Shown piece by piece: positions 28,047-37,551 of a stretch of DNA of 64,000 nucleotides. Position 1 is the first letter of the stretch. Each line of letters begins with the position of its first letter. Source of the DNA: a bacterium (GTDB lineage Bacteria; DRYD01); assembly GCA_039630415.1 (NCBI GenBank), contig JBCNVB010000013.1:128001-192000 (forward strand). The letters run 5' to 3'. The position numbers were made by a program, and so were the translations under genes. The notes under the pieces were generated by a model, which saw nothing but the letters and a program-made list of their open reading frames with translations, was not told where the DNA came from and did no database searches.

Positions 28047-29897
28047 ATGAGAGAGCTTACGGTAAGATCTGTTTTGTTGGGTATTTTTCTAGGTATAGTG
28101 CTAAGTGCTGCAAACGCTTATTTGGGTTTAAAAGCTGGTATGACAGTAGCAGCGGCTATTCCTGCCGCAGTTATATCCATGATAGTACTTACCAAAATAC
28201 TCAAAAACGGTACTATCCTGGAAAACAATATGGTACAAACTATGGCTTCAGTTGCGCAAGCAGTTGCAGCTGGAGTAATATTTACTGTACCAGCTTTTTT
28301 TATTCTCAAATCCCAAAAAGTAATTGATTTTATACCTTCCTATTGGCTTATAGTAATTTTGACATTTATAGGTAGTTTATGGGGAGTTGTATTTATGATA
28401 CTTTTCAGAAGACCACATATAGTTGAGGAACATGATAGTTTACCATATCCAGAAGGTACTGCTTGTGCTGAGGTTCTTAAAACTGGACAAAAAGCAACTG
28501 AAAATGCTAAATTCCTCTTTTTTGGGTTCTTCATAGCTTCTATAGTCAAAATTTTGCAAAATATAAAAATAACTGTTGGTCAGAGTGTTTATAAGATTTT
28601 GGATGATGTTTTTACATTGTCCTTTCAGGTCAAGGGTTTACCTATAGCTTTACAAAAAATAGTGATTTCTGCTGAGTTGTTACCTGCTTTGTTGGGTGTT
28701 GGAATGATGGTTGGTATTAGAATAGGTATAATGGTAGCTACTGGTGCTCTTATAGCTTGGTGGGTTATTATACCGTTAATTGGTATGTTTTATCCTAGTT
28801 TGGATTCCACGCAGATATACAAGGATTACGTAAGATATATAGGTATTGGTGTGATAATAACTGGTGCTATTTTTTCTTTTTTCCAATTTATGCCTATAGT
28901 TTTAAAGGTTATATTGGGTTTTGGGAAGGATTCACAACAAAAAAGTAAGCAAATAAGTTTTCAAAAAGATCCTCATAAGGATTTATGGTATGATAATCCT
29001 AATCATGATAGAGATTTGCCGTTCCCTATTGCTTTTTTATTGATTTTTCTGGGTGGGATTATATTTTTCTTTGTTAATCCGCTGGATAGTTTATTGGGTA
29101 AATTTTTGTCGTTTTTGGTTTTAATTATATTTGCTATTTTATTTACTGCTGTATCATCGTACATAGTTGGGATGGTTGGTTCTAGTAATCAGCCTGTTAG
29201 TGCGATGACTATTTCTACTCTAATTGCTGTGGCTTTAACTTTAAAACTGATAGGTTTAACTGGGCAGATAGGAATAGTTACTGTTTTAGTGGTTTGTGTT
29301 ATAGCTTGTATTTCGTTAGCCATAGCTGGTGATATGTCCCAGGATCTAAAAACAGGTTTTTTGGTCAAGGCTACTCCCTACAATCAACAGATTGTGGGTA
29401 TCATATCTGCTGTTTCATCCAGTTTTTTCTTAAGTTATCTGATTTTTGTTTTAGATAGTGTATATGGTTTTGTTGGTGGCAGTTTACCTGCTCCTCAAGC
29501 TAATCTAATATCTACTTTGGCGCAGAGTATATTTCAAGGAAACGTTAAATGGAATGAGATTATTGTGGGTATGTTTTTGGGGTTAATAGCTAAAATGTTG
29601 GGGTTTTCAGTTTTAGCTTTTGGAGTTGGGGTATATTTGCCTTTGCATCTTTCTTTGCCTATCTTAATAGGAGGTTGGTTTGCTAACTTAATAAAACAAA
29701 AGGAAGAGCAAAAAGTCTTAGTGGCTTCCGGTTTGATAGCGGGAGACACTATATTAGGAATCCTTTTTGTTTTCCTAATAGCATTCAATATTATGCCTCT
29801 AAAAGCTGATATAAATATCTTTCAAAACTTAACGCCATTGATATCGCTTTTTGTTTTCGGATTGATGATATTTCTAATATATAGGAGGTTGAAGTAA
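28047..29897 (+). CDS. OPT-family oligopeptide transporter
   Basis: ELTVRS, ANAYLGLKAGMTV, ILENNMVQT, LPYPEGTACAEVL, GSSNQPVS, QDLKTG, LPAPQA. Confidence 0.95.
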   Translation: MRELTVRSVLLGIFLGIVLSAANAYLGLKAGMTVAAAIPAAVISMIVLTKILKNGTILENNMVQTMASVAQAVAAGVIFTVPAFFILKSQKVIDFIPSYWLIVILTFIGSLWGVVFMILFRRPHIVEEHDSLPYPEGTACAEVLKTGQKATENAKFLFFGFFIASIVKILQNIKITVGQSVYKILDDVFTLSFQVKGLPIALQKIVISAELLPALLGVGMMVGIRIGIMVATGALIAWWVIIPLIGMFYPSLDSTQIYKDYVRYIGIGVIITGAIFSFFQFMPIVLKVILGFGKDSQQKSKQISFQKDPHKDLWYDNPNHDRDLPFPIAFLLIFLGGIIFFFVNPLDSLLGKFLSFLVLIIFAILFTAVSSYIVGMVGSSNQPVSAMTISTLIAVALTLKLIGLTGQIGIVTVLVVCVIACISLAIAGDMSQDLKTGFLVKATPYNQQIVGIISAVSSSFFLSYLIFVLDSVYGFVGGSLPAPQANLISTLAQSIFQGNVKWNEIIVGMFLGLIAKMLGFSVLAFGVGVYLPLHLSLPILIGGWFANLIKQKEEQKVLVASGLIAGDTILGILFVFLIAFNIMPLKADINIFQNLTPLISLFVFGLMIFLIYRRLK

Positions 29898-31702
29898 TGA
29901 GAGTCATTTTGTATATATTAGCTTTGGTGTACTTCTTAATTAGGTTTTTTTTTGCTGATATAACACCTGAAAGATTCTTTATATTAGATTACGATGAAGC
30001 GATAGACTTTGTTTCTTCTTATACTGACAATCCTGAGGGGTATGTTGAAGAAAAGATATCACCTAATTTCAATGCTGTTTCGATTCGTTTAAAAAGTTTG
30101 AGTGAGTTAAGGGCTGAAGGTAAAGTAGATTTGGCAACTTTGGAGTCTTTGAGGATTGATCCTAAGTCATGGATGATGCCCCTGTCAAATAGACTATGGG
30201 AGAAACAGGTATGTTTCGCATATTTCCCTTTGGAAAAAGATCTGAGCATGGCGGAAAAAGCACTAAGGTCACTTAAAATAGATTGTGAAAGGTATGGAAA
30301 CATTTTGGTAGTTTACGGTGATAGTAAGTATATTTTCAATCTTCAAATTTTTGTAACCAATGAAATAGAGAGTATATCAAAGGATAAGAAAGTGTTATGG
30401 AGAGTCAGTTCATTGTTGTATAATCTGAGCTATTTAGATGATTTAGTGAAGGCAGGGGATATGATAATATTTACGGGTCCGTTTGTTGCTGGGTATCCTT
30501 CTGAACAGGAAATGAATGAAGTAGTCAAGTACATAGAGTTAAAGGGCTTAACATTTGTTTTTCCAGAGTTTTATGATAGTAGGAGTGTCCAAAGTGGAGC
30601 CAATTTTATTGCCCAAAAAAAAGCTATTAAGCTTTTCAGTACCATAGTTCTAAAGAATAAGACTCCTGAACAAATAATAGGTTCTATAGACACCGCTATT
30701 AATGAGAGAAATTGCCAAGCAGTACTTTTCAGATTCTTTGAAAGATTTTCTCTTTCTCAAAATATTCAGATAATTGAAAGAATTAAGAATCAATTTTATA
30801 CGAATTATCAGGCTGAAAATTATGAATTTTTGCAACTAATTAGCGTTATTAGCTATGTATATTTATTATTTTTTGCTCTTTTGGTTTTTGTAAGCTATAG
30901 TTACTATCATGAAGTAATATCTGCAAACGGATATGTGTTAAATAGTGTGTGGTTTATTGTTATAGCGGTATTGAACAGTGTAGGAATGATTGTTAGTAAA
31001 GTTTTGAAAATATACTGGTTATTTAATTTACTTATAGTTTTGGGAGTAAGTGTTGTTTTAGTGGCTCTATTTTTTAGAATATTTGAGTCGCATAGGGATA
31101 CTTTAGTTAGATATATAGAGATTATTATATGTTCGATTAGCATGGGTGTAATTGTAAATTCTATGATATACGAGAACATGTACGCAGTTGGTATACAGAA
31201 GGTAGGTTTTATAAAATTGCTCCTATTGTTACCGATAGCGTACTCAATTTTTGCGGTTTTTAGTTTAAATGAGATCAGGTTGTTTTTATTGAGGAGGATG
31301 AGAGTCATAGATTTTTTAGGTTTTGTTTTAGCGGTAGGAATTTTGTCATTATACTTGTTAAGAAGTGGTAATTGCGGTATTATTTTCCCATATGAGGATA
31401 AGATAAGGAATTTAATGGATAAGGTATTTATAGCTAGACCAAGATTTAAAGAATTTTTGGTGGGTGATCCTTCTATACTTGCTTCATCATACAGTAAATT
31501 TTTTATACCTTTGGCATTTATTGGGGTTGTTAGTATAGTTGATAGTTTTCTTCATATACATACTCCTATTTTTTATAGTTTGTTAAGGACGATATGGGGT
31601 GCAGTTATTGGATTTGTATTGTTTTTGATCGTAAAAAGGATAATAGAGGTGAAAATGGGTAAGGGTAGTAAAATAAATAGTGGGTATGGAGAACAGAAAT
31701 GA
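29897..31702 (+). CDS. DUF5693-like membrane protein
   Basis: Extracytoplasmic N-domain plus multi-TM C-domain with LRSGN, ARPRFKEFLVGDP, SFLHIHTP..YSLLR. Confidence 0.7.
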   Translation: MRVILYILALVYFLIRFFFADITPERFFILDYDEAIDFVSSYTDNPEGYVEEKISPNFNAVSIRLKSLSELRAEGKVDLATLESLRIDPKSWMMPLSNRLWEKQVCFAYFPLEKDLSMAEKALRSLKIDCERYGNILVVYGDSKYIFNLQIFVTNEIESISKDKKVLWRVSSLLYNLSYLDDLVKAGDMIIFTGPFVAGYPSEQEMNEVVKYIELKGLTFVFPEFYDSRSVQSGANFIAQKKAIKLFSTIVLKNKTPEQIIGSIDTAINERNCQAVLFRFFERFSLSQNIQIIERIKNQFYTNYQAENYEFLQLISVISYVYLLFFALLVFVSYSYYHEVISANGYVLNSVWFIVIAVLNSVGMIVSKVLKIYWLFNLLIVLGVSVVLVALFFRIFESHRDTLVRYIEIIICSISMGVIVNSMIYENMYAVGIQKVGFIKLLLLLPIAYSIFAVFSLNEIRLFLLRRMRVIDFLGFVLAVGILSLYLLRSGNCGIIFPYEDKIRNLMDKVFIARPRFKEFLVGDPSILASSYSKFFIPLAFIGVVSIVDSFLHIHTPIFYSLLRTIWGAVIGFVLFLIVKRIIEVKMGKGSKINSGYGEQK

Positions 31703-31764
31703 AGTGCCTAACAGGGGCCTAAAATAATACCTGTTGCGCCCAAAAGTGCCTGAAGGAGGAGTGA

Positions 31765-32130
31765 GTGAGTAAGCTGTTTGTAGGGAATCTCAGTTATCAA
31801 TTAAGCGAAGAAGAACTTAAAAAAACATTCGAAGCATACGGAAATATAAAAGAAGTAAGATTACTTCAAAATAAAGGATTTGGATTTGTTGAATTCGAAT
31901 CTGACGAATCAGCACAAAAAGCAATGGAAGAACTAAATGGCAAAGAGCTCAGAGGAAGAAAAATTAGAGTAGAAATGGCTAGACCAAGACAATCAAATCC
32001 CAGAAATCATAGAACTTCTAGAAATATGAAAGATCAAAGAGAACAATCCTACAGAAATTCGAATTATAGGAATAGTAGAGGCCACAGAGGTCAAAGCCAA
32101 AGAAGATTTTCAAGTCAAGACGATAGGTAA
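31765..32130 (+). CDS. RRM (RNP-1) RNA-binding protein with R/S/N-rich tail
   Basis: RNP2 LFVGNL, RNP1 KGFGFVEF; AAGGAGG RBS and GTG start. Confidence 0.95.
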   Translation: MSKLFVGNLSYQLSEEELKKTFEAYGNIKEVRLLQNKGFGFVEFESDESAQKAMEELNGKELRGRKIRVEMARPRQSNPRNHRTSRNMKDQREQSYRNSNYRNSRGHRGQSQRRFSSQDDR

Positions 32131-32153
32131 AGGGATTTAGTTCTCCATACCCT

Positions 32154-32239
32154 GGGGAAGTGGCGGAATTGGCAGACGCGTTGGCCTCAGGAGCCAATGA
32201 GATCTAAATCTCGTGTGGGTTCGAATCCCACCTTCCCCA
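32154..32239 (+). tRNA. tRNA-Leu(CAG), 3' CCA not encoded
   Basis: Acceptor GGGGAAG/CTTCCCC, anticodon arm TTGGC-CTCAGGA-GCCAA, long variable arm, T-arm GTGGG-TTCGAAT-CCCAC. Confidence 0.96.
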
Positions 32240-32262
32240 CTTAACATAACTCAGATATCTTC

Positions 32263-33033
32263 ATGATATACCCAAACCAAACTACCCTCCTATCTTACCT
32301 ATCTGAAAAACTTAACATATCAAAAAAAAGTGCAAAGAAAATTATTGATCAGAAGAGGGTATTTGTAAACAATAAAATCGTATGGATAGGTTCTTATCTG
32401 GTAGATCCAGCTAAGGACAGAATAATCGTTCTTCCTGAAATAAAGCCAAACTATGAAATATTGTACGAAGATGAAAATTTCGTAATAGTATCTAAAAGTC
32501 CTAATTTGGTAGTTGATCAGCATCCCAATAGTTTAGAAGCAATTTTGAAAAAGCAAATAGGTAAGCATGTGAAGGCAGTACACAGAATAGACAAGGATAC
32601 TTCAGGAGTAGTGGTTTTTGCTAAGGTCTATAAAGTGTTTGAAGAAGTAAAATCAATCTGGAATACTGTTGAGAAAACCTATTACTGCATATGTTTAAAT
32701 GAACCAAGATTTAAAGTCAAGGAGATAAATTACCCCGTAGATGGTAAGTCGGCTATTTCTATAGTCAGTGTGATATCTAAAAGTAGAGGTCTTTGTTTAA
32801 TGAAAGTGAGAATTTTTACTGGTAGAAAACATCAAATAAGAATACATCTTAGTTTGATTGGTCATCCAGTTTTAGGGGATTATGTTTATGGTCCAAAAGT
32901 TATGAACATAATGGTTGCAAGACAAATGTTACATGCTTATAAAATAGAATTTAGTTTTAGGGGAAAGGTAGTAAGAGCTATATCGGAATTGCCAGAAGAT
33001 ATGAATCAAATTATACATGAGTACGGTTTATAG
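32263..33033 (+). CDS. RluA/RluD-family pseudouridine synthase with S4 domain
   Basis: VHRIDKDTSG, TGRKHQIRIHL..IGHPVLGD..YG, RQMLHA. Confidence 0.93.
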   Translation: MIYPNQTTLLSYLSEKLNISKKSAKKIIDQKRVFVNNKIVWIGSYLVDPAKDRIIVLPEIKPNYEILYEDENFVIVSKSPNLVVDQHPNSLEAILKKQIGKHVKAVHRIDKDTSGVVVFAKVYKVFEEVKSIWNTVEKTYYCICLNEPRFKVKEINYPVDGKSAISIVSVISKSRGLCLMKVRIFTGRKHQIRIHLSLIGHPVLGDYVYGPKVMNIMVARQMLHAYKIEFSFRGKVVRAISELPEDMNQIIHEYGL

Positions 33034-33607
33034 GTTATCCTACCCAAGACATGTAAAAAAGGCTTTTGACCTGTTTAAGTTGATTAGGGATAAGTTAAAT
33101 CTAATAGTTTGGGTAGTTGATGCTAGGAGTCCTATTCTAACCTGTAGATATCTATTCGAGTTTATAGAAAGGATAAATTACCGTAAAAATCTGGTTATTT
33201 TTGTTAACAAAATGGATTTGGTAAAAGATTTTGACTATAAGCAATTTAGGAAGTATTTATCAGATTTTTCAAAGGTAAGGTTACCAATTATTTATGGATG
33301 TTATACCAATTGTAAGCAGTTATACGATTATTTACAAAGAATAGCATTAAGAGAGTTATTTGTGAATTGTTTGTTTGTTGGATTACCAAATGTTGGTAAA
33401 TCTTCAGTAATCAATTGTCTTGTCGGTAGAAGTAAGAGTGAGGTATCTAGTAAGCCAGGTACAACTAGGAATGTAAAATGGATTAATCTTAGTTACAATA
33501 TTAGGGTTCTGGATTCACCAGGGATAGTATTACCACTTGAAATTACAAAGGAAGAAGCACAAGAGTTAATTAATTTAGGGATTATAAACAAATCTTTTAT
33601 AATTTAA
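33017..33607 (+). CDS. Circularly permuted GTPase, RbgA/YlqF-like, lacking the C-terminal domain
   Basis: DARSP, NKMD (G4) precede GLPNVGKSS (G1), PGTT (G2) and DSPG (G3). Confidence 0.85.
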   Translation: MSTVYRLSYPRHVKKAFDLFKLIRDKLNLIVWVVDARSPILTCRYLFEFIERINYRKNLVIFVNKMDLVKDFDYKQFRKYLSDFSKVRLPIIYGCYTNCKQLYDYLQRIALRELFVNCLFVGLPNVGKSSVINCLVGRSKSEVSSKPGTTRNVKWINLSYNIRVLDSPGIVLPLEITKEEAQELINLGIINKSFII

Positions 33608-33661
33608 AGGATTTGTTCGATAGACTATAGAACCCTATAGTAGGGGAGAGGGTGATAAAAG

Positions 33662-35074
33662 ATGGAACTAATACTAGCAAGAATACACTTTGCCATGGCA
33701 ACAACATTTCACTTCATATTTCCTGCAATAACCATAGGATTAGCTCTTCTAATACTTATTTTTCAAACCCTATATCTTTTTAGGGAGAAGGAGGAGTATA
33801 ATAAGATATCCCAGTTACTAGTCAAAATACTAGCAGTAGTATTTGTAGTGGGTGTGGTTACTGGATTTACACTATCATTTGCATTTGGAATGTACTGGGC
33901 TAAATTCTCCAAAATAGCTGGGGATTTGATAGGAATAACCCTTACTGCGGAAGGAGTGTTTGCATTCTTTCTAGAGGGAGTGTTTTTGGGTTTATTACTA
34001 TTTGGGCAGAACAGATTACCTAAATTCATGTACTGGTTTTCTACGCTGATGGTATTTTTAGGCACTCATTTATCAGCATTTTTTATCTTAGCAACAAATA
34101 GTTGGATGCAAACACCGGCAGGTTATGAAATAATAAAAAATGCAATTGGACAAGTAGAAAAAATAATCATAGTAGACTGGGTCCAAGCAATATTTAATCC
34201 ATCGACGATAGCTAGAATGCTTCATACAACTGTAGCAACATGGATAACAGGATCTTTACTATCTTCAGCAATAGCGGCATACTACCTAATCAATAAGAAA
34301 AATCTTGAAGTAGCTAGAATTATGTTTAAAATTTCATTTGTAATTTTTGCACTATCAGCGGTTGGTCAATTCTTTACTGGACACTTACAAGCTATGGTAG
34401 CATACAAATATCAGCCTGCAAAAGTGGCAGCTTTTGAAGCAATGTGGGAAACGACGAGGGGACCCAATATACCAATGTCTATAATAGCAATAGTAGATGA
34501 AAAAAACCAGAGAAACATAATAGATATTCAGGTTCCCTACTTAAATGCTCTATTGTATGGAATAGAGTTTTTCCCGCCTCACATGGACTTAAATATAGAA
34601 ATGAAGGGAATAAAAGAATTTGTTAAAACACTGGACGATGGAACAGTCGTAAAGGAGCACCCACCGGTAGCTATAACCTACTATACTTTCAGGATAATGA
34701 TATTTCTCGGAAGCTTTTTCGCATTACTAGGATTGATGGGTTTATTGTTGATATACAAGAATGCTTACGAAAATCCCAAGTTTCTAAAGGCTGTTTTACA
34801 TTCATGGCCCTTACCATTTATAGCAAACACTGCAGGATGGTATACAGCTGAAATAGGTAGACAACCGTATATAATATACGGAATAATCAAGACTAAAGAC
34901 ACTTTAACTCCTGGTTTAAATACACTAAACGTATTTTTAACGATAATTTTACTACTTGCTTTCTTCGTATTTCTATCTTACGTAGCTTACCAACTTATAA
35001 CAAAAATAATTAAAGAGAATAATTTAGAAAAAGTGGAAGTAGAAGAGCTAAGGCAAGCTTCTCAGGAAGCATAG
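33662..35074 (+). CDS. cydA: Cytochrome bd ubiquinol oxidase subunit I
   Basis: ARIHFA..TFHFIFP, AEGVFAFFLE, NSWMQTPAG, QPAKVAAFE, GWYTAEIGRQPY. Confidence 0.95.
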   Translation: MELILARIHFAMATTFHFIFPAITIGLALLILIFQTLYLFREKEEYNKISQLLVKILAVVFVVGVVTGFTLSFAFGMYWAKFSKIAGDLIGITLTAEGVFAFFLEGVFLGLLLFGQNRLPKFMYWFSTLMVFLGTHLSAFFILATNSWMQTPAGYEIIKNAIGQVEKIIIVDWVQAIFNPSTIARMLHTTVATWITGSLLSSAIAAYYLINKKNLEVARIMFKISFVIFALSAVGQFFTGHLQAMVAYKYQPAKVAAFEAMWETTRGPNIPMSIIAIVDEKNQRNIIDIQVPYLNALLYGIEFFPPHMDLNIEMKGIKEFVKTLDDGTVVKEHPPVAITYYTFRIMIFLGSFFALLGLMGLLLIYKNAYENPKFLKAVLHSWPLPFIANTAGWYTAEIGRQPYIIYGIIKTKDTLTPGLNTLNVFLTIILLLAFFVFLSYVAYQLITKIIKENNLEKVEVEELRQASQEA

Positions 35075-35087
35075 GAGGAGATGTAAC

Positions 35088-36071
35088 ATGGAAGGATATG
35101 TTACTCAACATCTACTATACCTAGCAATAGGAGCTGCATTCTTTGTATATACGTTCCTATATGGTCCTATTTTAGGAAGTGGCAGTGTATTTCACGTAAT
35201 ATCAAAAGAAGAGGCTGATAAAAAGGCGGTAATACATTCAGTAGTACCGTTTTGGGATGGAGCTGGAGTATGGTTAATAGCAGCTGCGGTGCTAATATGG
35301 GGAGGATTTCCACAAGCTTATGCAACGATCTTTGGTGGATTCTTCCTTGCTGTCTTCTTACTTCTTATTTCTCTTTTGCTTTCTATTGCTTCAATAGAGA
35401 TGTACTTAAAAGATGAAAAAAGAAGAAATTTTTGGGCCAATTGCTACTTTATAGGTAATCTAGTTTCTTCACTTATTTTGGGAGTGGCATTGGGAAATAT
35501 AATAATGGGTATACCTATGAGTAAAGAAATGTGGTTTACGGGTAACTTTTTTACTCTTCTTAGACCCTATGCTTTATTAGTAGGACTGTTAGGACTTAGC
35601 TTGTTGATAACACATGCAATGGGATATTTGATTATCAAAGTAGAAGGTAATGTACCTACTAAAGCTCAGGAGATAATAAAATATTCTAATTCTGCTTTCT
35701 TAATTCTTTTTGTGATCTTTGTTTTTGTTACTCATCACATGTTTAAAAATTTGCCTTTGCTCTTTTGGATTATAAGTGCAATAATAATTCTACTAAGCAT
35801 ATCTATGTTTTTTGTTAGATCAAATTATTTTTGGATATCTACTGCTAAACTATTTTTCAGTTGGTGTTTAATAGGAGTTATACAGTATCCCTATCTTGTA
35901 AGAGGTATAGGAGATATAGGTATAACTATTTTTAATAACTCATCGTCTCCTGTAACACAAAAGGTTATGCTAGCTATTCTAGCTATAGGTTTACCAATCG
36001 TAGCACTTTATACATATTATAGCTATTTTGTTTTTAGAGGGAAGTTCTCCGGCAAAGAGCAAATGTACTAG
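35088..36071 (+). CDS. cydB: Cytochrome bd ubiquinol oxidase subunit II
   Basis: PFWDGAGVWLI...FPQAYA, YPYLV, Y..FRGK; follows cydA. Confidence 0.9.
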   Translation: MEGYVTQHLLYLAIGAAFFVYTFLYGPILGSGSVFHVISKEEADKKAVIHSVVPFWDGAGVWLIAAAVLIWGGFPQAYATIFGGFFLAVFLLLISLLLSIASIEMYLKDEKRRNFWANCYFIGNLVSSLILGVALGNIIMGIPMSKEMWFTGNFFTLLRPYALLVGLLGLSLLITHAMGYLIIKVEGNVPTKAQEIIKYSNSAFLILFVIFVFVTHHMFKNLPLLFWIISAIIILLSISMFFVRSNYFWISTAKLFFSWCLIGVIQYPYLVRGIGDIGITIFNNSSSPVTQKVMLAILAIGLPIVALYTYYSYFVFRGKFSGKEQMY

Positions 36072-36094
36072 ATAAGCTTAAGCACTGCTATAAT

Positions 36095-37525
36095 ATGGAA
36101 ATTATAAAAAAAGTAGAAGAATATACTTACCAAGTATATAGAGAGGGTGTTTCCAAAGTACCTGCCCTTGTTTTTGCTAATGAAGAAATAATTCAATCAA
36201 TTCAGAACGATCAATCTCTACAACAAATAATAAACGTTACGAATTTACAGGGTTTAGTTGGAGTTTTTGTAATGCCAGATGTTCACTGGGGATATGGTTT
36301 TCCTATTGGCGCAGTAGCTTGTACAGATTACCATAATGGTGGGATAATATCTCCAGGAGGAATAGGATTTGATATCAACTGTGGAGTTAGACTTTTAAAA
36401 ACAAACTTGTTTGCAAATGAAATAAACGAGAAGATCAAGTCGAAGTTATTGGATAGTTTATTTGAACATGTTCCTTCTGGTCTGGCTAGTGAGAGTGATA
36501 TAAGGTTTTCCAAGGGTGAGTTTAAGAAAGTTTTAGAGAAGGGGTTAAATTGGGCTTTGGAAAATGATATGGCTTATCCAGAAGAAGTAGAGTTAGTAGA
36601 GGATAGAGGGGTAAAAGATGATGTTGATGCAGATATAGCAAGTAATGAAGCGCTGGAAAGGGGTAGAGTTCAATTAGGTACGTTAGGATCAGGAAATCAT
36701 TTTCTAGAACTTCAAATAGTTGAAAAAATATACAATAAGGAAGCAGCAGAGGTTTTGGGATTACATGAAAACCAGCTTGTTGTGATGATTCACTGTGGTT
36801 CTAGAGGGTTTGGACATCAAATAGCTACTGATTATATCAACATAATGCTTAAATCAATGGAAAAATATGGTATAAAGGTAATGGATAAACAGTTAGCATG
36901 TGTTCCTGCAAATAGCCCGCAAGGAAGAGAATATATAACAGCAATGAATACTGCTGCTAACTATGCGCATTTGAATAGGCAAATAATTACATACAAAGTA
37001 AGGGAGGCTTTTAAACGTACTCTAGGAAAAAGTGTTAAAATTGATTTAGTTTATGATATAAGTCATAATATGGCTACAATAGAGGATTGCAACTTACAAG
37101 GAAAGAAAGTGAAGTTAGTTATGCATAGGAAAGGAGCTACAAGAGCTTTACCTCCTAACCATCCTCTTTTACCAGAAAAATACAAAAAGATTGGACAACC
37201 CGTATTTATACCAGGTGACATGGGAAGATATTCGTTTGTTTTAACTGGTACTCAAAAAGCTTATCAACTTACATTTGGACACACTTGTCATGGAGCAGGA
37301 AGGGTGAAAAGTAGAAATCAGGTTAAAAAGCAGATAAATTATGAAAATTTGCTAAAGCAACTAGCAGAAAAAGGTATAATGGTAAAAGCTTCTAGTAGAT
37401 CCACTGTAGTAGAGGAAGCTCCTGAGGCATATAAGGACGCCTCTATAGTAGTAGACATAGTAAGTAAAGTGGGTATATCTTCGTTAGTTGCCAAACTTAA
37501 ACCTATAGGTGTGGTAAAAGGGTAA
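36095..37525 (+). CDS. rtcB: RtcB RNA ligase
   Basis: MPDVHWGYGFPIG, GFDINCGVR, GTLGSGNHFLE, HCGSRG, HRKGAT, HGAGR, EEAPEAYKD. Confidence 0.96.
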   Translation: MEIIKKVEEYTYQVYREGVSKVPALVFANEEIIQSIQNDQSLQQIINVTNLQGLVGVFVMPDVHWGYGFPIGAVACTDYHNGGIISPGGIGFDINCGVRLLKTNLFANEINEKIKSKLLDSLFEHVPSGLASESDIRFSKGEFKKVLEKGLNWALENDMAYPEEVELVEDRGVKDDVDADIASNEALERGRVQLGTLGSGNHFLELQIVEKIYNKEAAEVLGLHENQLVVMIHCGSRGFGHQIATDYINIMLKSMEKYGIKVMDKQLACVPANSPQGREYITAMNTAANYAHLNRQIITYKVREAFKRTLGKSVKIDLVYDISHNMATIEDCNLQGKKVKLVMHRKGATRALPPNHPLLPEKYKKIGQPVFIPGDMGRYSFVLTGTQKAYQLTFGHTCHGAGRVKSRNQVKKQINYENLLKQLAEKGIMVKASSRSTVVEEAPEAYKDASIVVDIVSKVGISSLVAKLKPIGVVKG

Positions 37526-37551
37526 TAAAATAAGCAAAGGGAGGAAAATAT

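Noticed and set aside
31702..31764. c-di-GMP-I riboswitch (ACAGGGGCCTAA...CCTGTTGC resembles its P2 arm)
   Set aside because: The GGCAAA / GNRA-loop / GCAAAG P1 elements are absent upstream
32154..32262. Integrative element at tRNA-Leu
   Set aside because: No integrase, no duplicated tRNA 3' end seen, and housekeeping genes on both sides
36095..37525. Intein in RtcB or an rtcAB/rtcR repair operon
   Set aside because: 476 aa is the normal intein-free length, and no rtcA, rtcR, archease or Ro-like gene is adjacent
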